From positions 13,586,655 to 13,650,654 of the forward strand of contig NC_134033.1 of NCBI RefSeq assembly GCF_964204645.1: 64,000 nucleotides of DNA. Reading direction: 5' to 3'. This DNA comes from Tubulanus polymorphus. Taxonomy: Eukaryota > Animalia > Nemertea. Below, one piece after another: positions 30,722 to 43,672 of the stretch. The first letter of the stretch is position 1, and each line of letters opens with the position of its first letter. The position numbers and the translations under genes are program-made. The notes beneath the pieces were generated by a model. That model searched no databases. It was not told where the DNA came from and saw only the letters and a program-made list of their open reading frames with translations.

Positions 30722-33700
30722 TCACCTAGCCGGTGATAACACAGTCGTCGCGGCGCGATTGTTCAAGTGATTATTGTTTTGTCGTTCGTTATTTTCCCCT
30801 ACAGTGGCGCCACCGCCGCCTCGGCGCTGACCCGTTTTACGGACGACGTTTTTCTCGTACTGTTTCAACAATTCGACGAGTTTATGTTTTTTGAAGCGCG
30901 ACGCTTCGAAAATAACATCGCGCACGAACGCAGTGCGAATTTCAGTCGTTCCCTGAACTAACTCCAACGCGTCGAAAACTTTATCATATTCTGAAAGAAA
31001 CAATTTCATTTATTAATGAAAAATAAACTGAATATATTCAACATAGGGTTCTTACAGATCAGCGAATCCAAACCTAAAATTTCCCGTATTTGCTCTGACC
31101 CTTGACCAAAACCAAAAATTCCCCGATTAAACTATAAGATCACTGTTTCTTATCAAGAGGTTCCTAGTGCCACTCGTTACCAGCAAGAAAAAGACTACAA
31201 AATTCAAATTTTCTGACTTCTCCCTTATTGTCAAGAAATAAATCGTAGTTCCTTGATTTTCAATTCAGGAAAAATAAATCTGGTATTGCCCGATCTGTGA
31301 AAACTGTGTAAAACAATTCACTCAGGGGAAAACCCTTAACAAACTTACTTCGCCCTGGTTTTCGAATTTCTTTGCAAACTTGTATTTTCACTTTGGTATT
31401 ATGATCCTGCACGACCAACAACTTCTGCCGTTGTATGTCGTGACGATTGTTCACAGATGGCGCCAACGCCTCGTCGATAACCAACATAACATCCGGGTCA
31501 TCGGACGGCGATAAATGGTTGCTATGGTTACTCATGTCGTCGACGTCCATTTTGTTGTCGTTGTCACCGATATCGCTGAGATCGTCATCAGCTTAAGAAT
31601 CAAATAATTTATATATTATAATAATATTTTGAAAAGAAAAAGACTTTACTGATTGATTAAAGTTGCGAAGGAGCCGTAAATCAGTGAACATACCGACAAA
31701 CAGGGCGGCTGCAGTTACTCAAAAGTTGATTAAAATTAACCAGTAGATAGTGAACATAGTGACAATTAAAAGTTCATTGTTACTTATGGTATTTATTCGC
31801 CGGTTATCATATATTTTTGAGTTACTGCAGCCCAGAACTTAAAAGGTAACCGGGTAAATAGATTTATTTAGAGTACGAGCTTTCACTACTAGTGCATACA
31901 GAGTAGCTTCATTAGTCAACGCAATGAAATTACTAGTAGAAGCTACTATATAATAGTACCGGTTCTCTAGATAAATCTAACCTTTCAACCTTTAAAGTAT
32001 GATTTGTCTTTACGCTAGTTACTTATTATAGGCTACTCCGCACAGATCAATTTGATCGATTCAATTATATTAGCTTACAGGTTAGATCCACTGATGGGGC
32101 GGGTGATGCGGGAGGTGTGGAGAATGGTGAACCCGGTCGCCATTGGAAATTCTTCGGCAGAGGACCTACAAGAAACAAAACATCAATCAAAACCAGTAAG
32201 ACTCAGAGTGAGTAATCCAATGTTCAGTCTGTCATAGTTCCTTATTCAATAAGACTAACTGGTATTCAGGCTTGAATCAGAGCAGGGACTAACTATGAAT
32301 TAAATTTCATGTCCCCTTGGCATATGTTGCCAGAGACAATGATTTAATACCAGAAATGTCTGCTTTTGAGTAAATACGCGATGATACCTGAAGAGATTAA
32401 TCACTTACCCGGTTTTCGTTTATGAGGTATCGGAGAACTACCGCCCGAATCGAGATTTGACGTGCGTTTATTTTTCTGCGGATTCAACATCGCTTCATCT
32501 GCTTCATCAATCATTAAATTCTGCAATACGATAGATACATGTATTACCATACCACAAATCAGGAACATTATGTTACACAATTGTCAGTTACAGTTAACTC
32601 TGGCCCAGTTCCACAGTTGTGTGGGTTAATTAGATCCTGGACCCAGTTCCACAGTTGTGTGGGTTTAACTTGACTCTGGACCCAGTTCCACAGTTGTGTG
32701 GGTTTAACTTGACTCTGGACCCAGTTCCACAGTTGTGTGGGTTTAACTTGACTCTGGACCCAGTTCCACAGTTGTGTGGGTTTAACTTGACTCTTGACCC
32801 AGTTCCACAGTTGTGAGTTAAGATTTAAAACCACAGTTAATTCTGCAACACGATAGATACATGTATACCATACCACACATCAGGAACATTATGTTACACA
32901 ATTGTCAGTTACAGTTAACTCTGGCCCAGTTCCACAGTTGTGTGGGTTAATTAGATCCTGGACCCGGTTCCACAGTTGTGTGGGTTTAACTTGACTCTGG
33001 AGCCAGTTCCACAGTTGTGTGGGTTAATTAGATCCTGGACCCAGTTCCACAGTTGTGTGGGTTTAACTTGACTCTGGCCCAGTTCCACAGTTGTGTGGGT
33101 TAATTAGATCCTGGACCTAGTTCCACAGTTGTGTGGGTTTAACTTGACTCTGGACCCAGTTCCACAGTTGTGTGGGTTTAACTTGACTCTGGACCCAGTT
33201 CCACAGTTGTGAGTTAAGATTCAAAACCACAGTTAAACATCCTCAAGAGCTTTTAAATGAGCTACAAATTGAGCTACAAATTCCTGTATCCACAAATCTC
33301 GATTCTTTAAAATCTCAGAATGTAGTGAATATTCAGCTAAACATAATGAACTCGACTTACTTTGTTGACTTTGAATGGATTACCGAACATGTGTTGACGG
33401 ACGGGTTGCGTGTCTATTTCGCGTAGAGGCATAACAAAGTTTTTCAGGTATTCCTGATAGTTACCCATCTCGTGTACGGGTATACTGTGAAGCTGGTCGT
33501 CGTCGACGAGTTTCGTTCCCGACGGCGACGGCTGCAGTAGATTCGCCCGCATCCTCGCGATCTGATCCAACAACATGTGTCGCGGAATATCAAACGGATT
33601 CCTGGAGATTAATGAACAAAGACAATTTCTTCAAAATGCTGAAAGCTTAGGGATCATTCATTTATATCATGTACCGCTTAACATAAAATCTTGATTCCCC

Positions 33701-36700
33701 TCCCCTATTGTGTACCTGGTATGTACATCAGGCTACTATCTCCTAGTTGATATGTATATGGACCATACTTAAACTCCCCCCCTTAGAACAGTGTCCTTAG
33801 ATCAGTGCACACCTCAACTGACCGCCTTTCATACGTCAGTAATAAATGATCAAAATAACGGCATGATTTCGACAAACGAACCTGTATACTTGAGGTTTAA
33901 TCGTAGGATCCGTAATGGCTAACGTAAAATTACTGAATTCGTTGATCTCTTGTCGCAACATCGATACATCGCCGTTCTGTATGATTTGCAACAAATCTTT
34001 TCGTTGTAAAATGGACGTTTTTCCCCTGAAAATAGATCGCGCCGAAAAACCATTATAGATTGCCAAATTCAGCCAAACAATCCTCTCAAAAGTGGCCACT
34101 TTACGCCCATTTACAAATCCCCTGCGTTTTGCCGGATTTTTCCATGTCATAACACACAAAATTCCCCGAGTGAATGAGAGAAATCTCTAGGTTTTAAAGT
34201 CTCATTTTCATTCATTTTTCATCGAATCACATATTGATTTAGAAACACACCGTTAAAAGCACTATCCAAATTGCACAATTTTCCAGGTTTTTGATGTCAA
34301 AATCCCGGAGATTTCCTGATCATTTCTAGATTGTCCTGCTTCCCCGAGTTTTCAGGTCAGTGGCGCCACCCTGTCATTTATTTTCTGATATTCCACTGAA
34401 GACTTATGAAACGAACCTGGATTGCACTTTGATGCCTTCGACGGAATGATTTATTTTCTGTCCAACCGATGATACGATTCGATCGTATTCCACTTTCGCC
34501 TGATTCTTCAACTTTTTCAAATACGATATCAAGCTGTAGCTCAAATTGTTCTCCAGATTGTCCGGTACCAAGTTCCGGGCACCCTGTTTTTCCAACGCTA
34601 ATTTCAGCGTCTGCCATAGAAGTAAACAAAACAAATAGAATCAACTAACACCACCTGGTGGATCCCCGATTGCCGCAGTCGGATTGCCGGGTCATCGTTA
34701 GTGGTTTTAAACAATTCAATAATTACCTTTGCATAATAAGAAGGCATTGATTTGAGAAAGTTATCGAATTTTTGTCTCCAAGCCGGTGAAGGCTTGCACT
34801 TGTGTATTGAAAACAGTTCATCTGAAATAAATTTACGCAACCAGAATGAATTGTCGTCTCCATGAATGAAGAATGAGTCTTATCTAAACTCTTATCTCAA
34901 ACTTGCATAACTCACCTAACAGCGGTAATAACGTGTTATAGTTGTAAGGCATCACGAACAGATTCACGTTACATAAATCCGTGCTAGCTTTCAAATACCC
35001 GAACGCGTGACCTCGTTCGCTGATCTTAGAACTATTCGGCATAAAAACCTGAAAATCATTCGATTCACATTTCTTCAAATTCACGGAATATTTGGTGACG
35101 TATTAAAGAAAGCATAAAGGAGATCTTAGATAAAGGCAGTTGCGAGGTTGGTTTTTATGAGTTGGGAGTCAAATCTAATCAATTGCATAACTGGAAACTG
35201 AATTACATTCAAACCCTGATATACTACTCACATCTGCGATTAAGATTTTAGCAGTATAGAGCCTATGGCGGTATATCAGGAATAAATTTTGACTATTTTG
35301 CTCCAATATAGAAATTTCTGAAAGTACCTAGTGTTAGACAGGGGGTGGCAGTATATCAGGGGTTGACTGTACGTCACACTACTCACCTGCCAGCACATGT
35401 TCGGATTACGCCGTTCTAGTATGTACTGCGTCAACGGCGACGGTTCTAACTGATATTTATCGAACGGGAAATTCTCAGTAGCCATCGGTTCACACGGCGT
35501 ACAAGAGAACCGTACGCACGGATGAGCGTTACGCGGTGGCTGTAAATAGAAATACAAAAATCAAATCGTTTTCCACACCGTATTTCTGTATCGAGCACAT
35601 ACGTAAAATCTAGCTTATTTTCAACGCAATTCTGACTATAAAGCATCATGTATGTAGCCAGCAAGAACAGCTGTAAACCTCTGAAAAGCGCTATCAGTAA
35701 CAAGTTGAATCTATTTCAGAAACATTGATGATAATGTTACTTACCAATTTATGCGTATTAGGATCGGGCCAGAATGATTCGGGAATCGGCCAATGACCGA
35801 TCGCGTAACCTTTGACCGCCGATCGTTGAACGTAGATGAGTTTTCGACAGCTATGCCATGCCGTGTTAGTCGGCGTTGGCGTGCTACACCGACTCGACGT
35901 TTTATCGCCGATCATAGTTTGTTGAGGAACGTCGAGTAGATTCATGTCCTGATTTTCTATGAATAGATAGAAATGCGAAAATATTTTAGAATCAGAAATA
36001 TATGCGCCCAACACGACGAGCAACTCGGATAATCGATCAAAATTTTGTCCCTGAAATCTTTTATCTCTCACCTTTAACATCGGAATCTTGATTAATCATA
36101 CCTCCTGAAAAACAACATAGGTTTAAATCGTTTTTCATCGAAATTTCTGGTTATGTTGATTACTGCGAGCGGTTTCTGCGAACTCACCCTCTGACGGAGG
36201 ATCTGGACCCATTTTTTCAAAATGTATAACAACCCCGGGTTGTGCCTTTTGTACTAACGATTCCAAACACTGCAACAACTGACGCTGATGGGTGACTAAA
36301 TACGAACGCCCTACGAATAAAAACATTTATCGTTAAATATTTGTACCTTTTGTTTGAGTAAATTTTCCAATGAAAATGTAAAATCTTAGGTTATACAGAA
36401 AATTAAACTATGAACAAGAAAATATTTAATGCAAATCTTCGAGAGTTCAAATCACCCAGTCTAAAAAAGGGCCTAAGTTTCTTGTGCTAGATTTGTCTCT
36501 ATTCTTGACTGGAATTGGGCACTGGGCACAATTAGATAAACTAAAGCAAGAAGGAAATGGCACAGTAGTTTTTTTTTTACTGGACTGACCTCCGGTTACT
36601 TCACACATTGCGTCGATCGGTGAATCTTCGGCAGACGGAATAAATGTTTGCTGCATACTGACTTCAGGTGGCGGCACCGCAGGTATTCTCAGGACGAGAC

Positions 36701-39023
36701 CGAACAATCGTTGGTCCCAACGGAACGGTTCCTTCGTTAGTTCACTGCCGGGAACTGGAGTATGCATTGGTAAATTCAACTGGAAATCAACAAAACATGC
36801 TTCATTAATCCACCACCCGTGATGTAACGTTTTTCGACACCGTAAAAACCATTACAATAATCTTTGTAAACATTGATAGCTACGTAGTATGCGTTATTTA
36901 AGGGATTATGAATGTCACCACCAAGATTCGATCCCATGAACCCTAGATTGATGAGACCGGCAGCCAGTGGCTTGAACCACTCAGCCAACTTGAGCCTCCT
37001 GCAGCGAAAATGGGCCCCCTTTCAATCTTAGCTGGTCATCAATCTCGGGCTAGTGGTTAGAGTATCAGACCCTGGGTCCAGTTGTTCAAAATTTGGTTAA
37101 AATATCATGGTAACAACGAAATTCTAATTGTCACTATGTCAAATACAAAATGATAAACTCAAAGCACCTTTTGACTTTTGAGCAGCTGCAGCCCCTGTAC
37201 ATGAAATCATCAATCATTAATTGATATAAAGCTGCACAGTTTCCAAGAGGCTCGATAAGATTTCATAATAGTAGAACAATAAGCACACTCGAACGTGGTG
37301 AACGGATAATAAGATAAAAACCCACTATGTACAAATTAAAAGAATTTTAAAATCGAGAATCTATTTATTCAAACAATCTAAAATATAAAATACAAGACGT
37401 TTGGATCTCACCCTAGAGATCATCGTCAATTCTCGATTTTAAAATTCTCTTAATTTGTAAATAGTGGGTTTCTATCTTATTCATAATGGTCCCTGTTAAT
37501 GTGTAAGATAATTCTTCCTACCTCGGCCTGCACACCATTCATTCCGGTCAGTTTTCTACCATCAGTAATACAGATTATTACAGCCGGCTCCAGGAAATAC
37601 GGACATCTTCCCTACAAGAAAAAAAAAATGAAATCACTCAGGACCCTAATGAACAATTAAAAGCTTTCTGTCCCAAGAATTTCAACATTTTTTGTGTGAT
37701 GTTTACTTCAGATTTTCATTTTTCTTGTGTTTAAACATTTTCAAAACCTGTCTAATTGCAATAGAAAATTCCCTTTTTCCATATCACTCGTAGGAACCAA
37801 AAGCAAGCAGTTCATTTTACTTTGCTGGTTGTGGATGTTCCAAAGTGATTCCATGTTACTCTGGGTAATGTTTAATCATCCCTACCTGTCCATATGTGTC
37901 AATACCAGACTGCATCCTATTGACATTGAGCAGGTCGAAAGCATGTTTCAGTGAAGCGCCGAGGTTCGTCAGACCAACTGCTTGAAGATTTTTCAATTCA
38001 TTCGTAAATGCAGCATGACTTTCTTTCCAGCCAGCCTGAATATTAGATTTATTTATAATCAACCCACTAGGCCTAATTTTAACCAAAATTACCATGTAGT
38101 ATTAAGGCCTAGAAGGAAATATTTTAGTTAAATGTCATTAAGAAATTAAAATGATGGCTTTGTTTTTAGTTTAAAAATGAATTCAATTCATTAATTAAAA
38201 ATATTGGGAATTACACGAATTTTAAACTTAGTTTTTCATATCACTGAAAAAATTGTTTTTGTAGTTTTCATTAATTTCATCTATGTAATGAATACAGTAG
38301 GCCTACCATTCATTTCACAGTTCAGAATATCTAATTACAGGGTGGTAACAATGTTAACAAACGTTGAAAATTATCGAGGAGCAAAACGCATAATCGCTGA
38401 AGTTTGAAATGAAAAGGGTTAATCTTGTCATTTCGAAAAATCGATACTTCCTTTCCTATACATTAGTATGTATGATAGATTACCCCGAATGCACAGCGCT
38501 ATTAGGCGAGTGTCAAATATGGCGCACAGTGAATAGTACTGCAAAAGGAGAGCTCTTCGGTTATCGGCGTTAATCGCACCATTTCTGCGGGAATAACCGA
38601 CTAATTTACGCACCGAACTAACAAACGGATATGCGAGCTCGTATTCGTAAAGAAAATAACCGCGCTCATAAATAAATAAAGGAATAAATCCCGAATTTAC
38701 GACGCGGAATTTAAGATTTTTCGCAGTACCTTCACATTCAATGGCGGATCTTCGAACGTCAACAGCATATAACGATCCCATCTGCTGTTCAGTTGGTCCC
38801 TGGCCCGAAACTAAAAACCGACGAAAACGAAGATTATAACCATTTTAACCGATGAATAAAGCTATTTCGAAAATCGACTCATGAATTTTTAAGTTATATC
38901 GGGTTTATTTACCTTCATGAACGTTTCAACAGCCGCCTTGGCCGTGTCTAAATACGATGTACCCAAATACGTCCGCTGATTCATCGACGCACTCGTATCC
39001 AACAGGAATAAAATGATAGTCAT
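30722..39023 (-). CDS. INTS6: Integrator complex subunit 6
   Basis: Exons: 39023-38913 (ATG), 38810-38730, 38035-37886, 37611-37522, 36779-36590, 36310-36188, 35956-35745, 35539-35387, 35048-34916, 34821-34727, 34610-34417, 34025-33882, 33601-33361, 32520-32409, 32165-32079, 31591-31349, 30990-30722 (TGA). VWA start MTIILFLLDTSASMNQR, PGSELTKEPFRWDQRLF, GHWPIPESFWPD, FGNPFK, C-terminal EASRFKK motif. Confidence 0.95.
31875..31917 (-). ncRNA. Degenerate hammerhead motif (G5 to A)
   Basis: Minus strand: CTAATGA A GCTACT..AGTAGT GAAA GCTC GT, then AATAAA. Same subfamily as 14346. Confidence 0.55.
32597..33235. repeat. 39-bp minisatellite within a ~320-bp tandem duplication
   Basis: Unit GGACCCAGTTCCACAGTTGTGTGGGTTTAACTTGACTCT with a variant ending GTTAATTAGATCCT; two arrays, each preceded by the same ~80-bp unique sequence. 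Confidence 0.95.
36820..36997 (-). mobile_element. tRNA-derived SINE-like element in an INTS6 intron
   Basis: Minus strand: A box TGGCTGAGTGGTT and B-box variant GGATCGAATCT at tRNA spacing; no complete cloverleaf. The 3' boundary is approximate. Confidence 0.5.
37396..37429 (-). ncRNA. Degenerate hammerhead motif in a fold-back element
   Basis: Minus strand: TTGACGA T GATCTC TAGGGT GAGATC CAAA CGTC. C3 and G12 are altered, stem II is perfect. Confidence 0.55.
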
Positions 39024-40394
39024 TTTGACAAGGAGAGTTTTTGCTTTCGATTGAACGTAAAAATAGAGTTTTTAAACGCCTAGGGAGCCCACACGGGGCT
39101 CGTAAAGTCCCCTAGTTCCTCTCAGGTAGCCATTGTCTAGCCACCTTTCTCAGCGGCTAACACGCCACAAGCCGCGGTCATGTGATCAGTCCGCCATTAC
39201 TCGACAGCCCGGGAGCATTAGATATTTGTATTTCATTGAGCGCTTCAGCTCAACAGAGTTTCATAAAACTAGTTATGCTCCCTGTTACGGGCGCATTCAG
39301 ATAATTCAGACCCAATGCACTTAGTATCGACCAAAATATTTCAAGCACAATAAATGCTCCCTTGTTTTTGTGCGCAGCTTGGCGCGAAATCCGGTTTCAC
39401 GAATGGGGTGAACATTACAGCTTAATCTGTGCGGATCGAATAAAAACATTTCCTCCAAATTCTCTTTTTCCTGGTTTATCCATTCTGTGTTTGGGTCTCT
39501 CTTGTTTGCCTCTTGTGGATAAGCTCACTGTATTCTTAATCACGACTGAACATATCAATACGTAGTTTTTGAAAAAAATATGACTGAGTGTGGATGTGAC
39601 CTGGGCGATGAACCCAGTGGCCGGGTATAATGCGAACAGCTTGGTTTAGACCGTTTCTGAAGTTTAACGTATATGCATAAAGAATGAGTTTCGTTTGCCT
39701 GATAAACATGAGACTAGATGACTGTAGTGTCGTGTTGCATAAATATCTATATTTATTGAACAACCAGGTGTTATTATTATATCAAATATATGTATTACAC
39801 ATTTTGCCTTCCACCATCGAGTATTAACCTCAAATATTATCATAACGTTAACATACGGATATTGTTACCGTATAAAGGTACCGGACTGAGCTTCGTTCCC
39901 AGTACTGCTATCGTCAGGGTGCTATGGTTAACGTGTCAATTTTGGTATTCCAGACTGAAACGTTAATTCCTCATTTTCATTCATCGACCATTAATCACGA
40001 ATAGGAGCAAAAGGAGCAAAATCGCATTGTTAAAAAAGTAATAGGAGAGAATGATCGCTTCCGACAACATCGGCGAATACCAGTGGATCGAGTGTGAACA
40101 AATATATCGCTCTTCCAGGCGATGGTCACAGTGATGAATGGAAATTATCGCAGATTCTTGAGCCAGTTACATTGTCAATCCAGCCCACCTCCCGAACAAC
40201 TTGAGACTATCTCAAGGACACTATTAGAACCAGTCCCACGGCTATATTCACCAAGAACTTTTGAGTGTCTGATGTAAGACTGGAATCGTAGAGCCATCAT
40301 CACTTCGATCAGGACTTGGTGGAGATTACGCAGACTGATTCCCTTGGAAAAGATTATTGCACACCGTTTATGATAGACCCGTACTAGAAGGAGT

Positions 40395-42648
40395 TTAAAG
40401 TTTTTGGAATGCTAAAATGCAATGAACATTTCCGACGATATAGTTGGCAGTCTTGCGCTTCTGAATTCCCAATTCGAGAGCTCGAATATCTATATATTCC
40501 GGATTTTCGTAGCTTAAATCACGACAAATATCAGTCCATCTACAAATACAGATATGGGATATTGATATCTCAAGTTCAAATATGTTTCAGGAAAAAGTAG
40601 AAATGTCGGTTAACTAAAGATTGAACAATGTTAAATAAACTTACTTTTTGCAGTGAATTCCCTCTCGTTTCATGCTCGATTCACCGAGTAAAATCTGCGT
40701 CTCACATTCTTCGGTCACGTTCATATCACATCTATATGTTTTAAGGAAGACATGTGACATTCAATTGATGTAACACAAGGAATCTAACTCAAATTGTGGT
40801 GAAGTTCAAGTACCGGTAAATAAAGGTCAATGACTCGATCTTGTAAGTAAACTGCCTTATGTTTGATGTATTTGACCAATCACCAGTCGGTTTTTTACCT
40901 TATTATGCTTCGGAGGGCTCGAAAGGTGTGTCTTCATAGCCTATCAAATCCATGTAATGTCTTTCTGCGTGGTATATGAAAGCCATATCAGGTGACTTTA
41001 ATCCGCTTTTAATGACTTTCAATACCTCCCCTCGTTTCACTCCTAAGGTGCTATTTCTACCGAGTAGTTTATAGAGAAAGAACCCGCGTCCACGAACCTC
41101 GAAATGCCTGCATAACTCATCAAACCAGCTACAAACAATAAAAAAAAAGAAGAACATGTACACATTCAATCAATGATTCCACCTGTGGCAATCGAGGATC
41201 CGCTAGGTGAGTTCGAGCGATTGCGTACCTCAAAACTTTCTCATTGCTAGCAAACAATTGAAACGGAACTTCGGTAAATGGTGATTTCATTCCTAGAATT
41301 ACCATAACTCGTTCCTGACTAATCGGCGCGAGTCTGCAATAAAAATCAACGATACACGGCTATTTTTTGTTGTTGACAAAAACTTATATTTGGTCGAGAC
41401 CATGATAAATCCATTAATCCCTCGCTTTGCGGAATATAAAAATGCAAAAAATGAACTAACCTGCCTTCACCTAATGTCGAAAAAAGGAAATTCCAAATAC
41501 CGGTTAAAGCAGCGAGACCACAGTTGCGAGCGTACTGCGGGCGACTTACACAATACCTGTAAAGCGACATGACCCAAACTTTTAGTTTTAAAATCAGTTC
41601 ATTTTCTATTAATTCGACTCGACTCCTTAAAAATGTTTTTTCTTCTAAATTCAGCGAGCTTCTCTTCAAATAATGTGTCATCTCTCATCATACCATCAGC
41701 ACGAATCTGGACACACGCTTTCATATAATAGCTTTGGCTATAGGTTGAACTCACCATCTCTTAATGTTAAAGTATTTCCTTTGTTTACAGATATCAGCTT
41801 GCGTAGTTTTCTCAATCTGTGGCAGTTTGTAAGGTCTATACAATGTCTGGAAAATTTCCGATACAAATTTTAGAGAAACAAAATGAATACCAAACACGTG
41901 GGTTTAATTTGAGACTGGACGACCCGTGTTTGACTCAGATCCAGGGGGAATTGAGAAACTTGTAACGCATTTTTCTATTTCGTTAACTAGGATAATTGGT
42001 GCATTTCATTGCCCCTAATATCGTCTTTTGGATATCAAAGTGCTCTTCTGGGATGTAACAAGTTTTCAAAACTGCCTCAGTGCGGGAGTGCCTTTTTGGA
42101 CACCTAAATGTCCTTTTGGGATGCGGCAAGTCCCTCAAAAATTGGCACCTGGACCCGACCCTGAGATCAACCTAACATTGACTCAATGGATGACAAAATA
42201 CATTTTCTTGCAATCAAATTCGGTAATATACATTTTATGTACAATATACCTTAGTGTCCTGGTTGTGATGATGGACGTTCAATTTCAACGCTCGCCGCCG
42301 TTCAAAACACTGTAAAGATTTACTCTTTTCGTTTCGACCTATTGTCAAGAACAAATAGCACATTCCATATTCAACGAAGAAATAAAAGGAGAAAATTAAA
42401 ATGATTGAAATCGATGGAATTTTCGAAACTAATGGAGAAACAGCCTCACGTTTTGTTCTGTATCTACAGCGAGCGGATTTAAAACTGGATGAATTCCACC
42501 ATAATGCATCCTGCCCATTCCTTTCCTCGCTCGCTCGCTCATTTGTGTCGTCAACACTAACATCCTCGACATCAGCGACAATGCCTACCCCGCTGTCTAG
42601 TGCCGTAGTGCTGCATTTTTCATCGGTAAACACTGACATCACAGCCAT
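40395..42648 (-). pseudogene. BIVM: BIVM-like gene with one frameshift/premature stop (null allele, young pseudogene or assembly indel)
   Basis: Exons: 42648-42450 (putative ATG), 42338-42250, 41846-41755, 41556-41461, 41333-41229, 41128-40899, 40731-40645, 40539-40395 (TAA). Translation KRWYCVSRPQYARNCG...WNFLFSTLGEG, FIYHAERHYMDLIGYE, LLGESSMKREGIHCKKWTDI, NPEYIDIR, GNVHCILAFQKL matches BIVM as recalled. Exon 6 ends GCA TAA TAA G|gt in phase 1, while exon 7 needs phase 2. Confidence 0.8.
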
Positions 42649-43672
42649 CGTCTGCGTCGAAACGGTGGCCGTTCCTGTTTTTGACTTCGTCGGTCGGCGA
42701 TAACAAAACAGAATGGTCAACCATGAAAACAAATTCGAAATAAAACTTTTTACGCACATTCGACTATTCCAACGAATCAAGAACTCGAAAAAGTCGCGTT
42801 ACACATTACGAAACTACAAGTGGAAAATGCTGGTCATGTTTCCTGCGCAGTGTCGTCGCCGCATGTTCCTTTTTGCAAAACTTGTCTAATCGTACCATGT
42901 ACGTACCCGTACAAGTTCGGGTTATTGTGTATAGTTTCGACCTACGAGCGTTAATCTCAACATAATTGCTCGTATAGTTTCGACTAGGCCACGGTCGCCG
43001 CCGCACGCATAGGCAGAACTTTTTTAAACTATGAGCAGGGAAGTGTGATGAGTCACACTTCCCTGCTATGAGCGACATACTAAGCCTTTTTGGGAGGGAA
43101 TCGTCGTCCGTGAATTTGAATAAAATCGACCAAGAAAAATACATCTGATAAATTTACACTTTTTATTCGAATATCATCCAGAACACTATTCGGGCCGCGT
43201 AGTTTCTCGTCATCTTCAGATGATGGCATGCTTGTTTTACGTAAGGCAGCAACAGTACGTATATATAGTATATATACCTCAAGACGCTATCTCTTATTTA
43301 GATGATGTGTCGTTTCATTTGGGGTCGTGAGTGGCAGGATCGTCGCGCTCTGGTTTCGCGGAACTGGTTACCGAATCTACCGTATAGGCACCGCTTTTTT
43401 ATCATTATCAATTGCAAATTCTCAAGATGTTTGCCATTAACGGAGGAGAGCCAACCCGCCCAAAACCCCAACCAAAGCGACTCGTGAAATGAACGCTTGT
43501 TTCTAGATTGACCTTAGACTCGGAATTCCAAAGGTTAATATTCCGATGTAAAGATGAAAGAGAAATATCCTTCCTATATATTTAGATGCCAAAATCACGT
43601 TGGGCAAGCCCCCTCCCTGTAGTATATATACATCACTGTACCTATATCAATAGATTGCCCGTCCAAATTCTT

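Noticed and set aside
32568-32876. ORF with QLWNWVQSQVKPT repeats
   Set aside because: Translation of the 39-bp minisatellite inside an INTS6 intron.
43195-43222. CTGAAGA-TGACGA-GAAAC in the Gly/Met gene 3' UTR; similar partial matches at ~19450, ~30505, ~46180, ~49200
   Set aside because: They lack stem II or one of the two conserved boxes, so they are compatible with chance or truncation.
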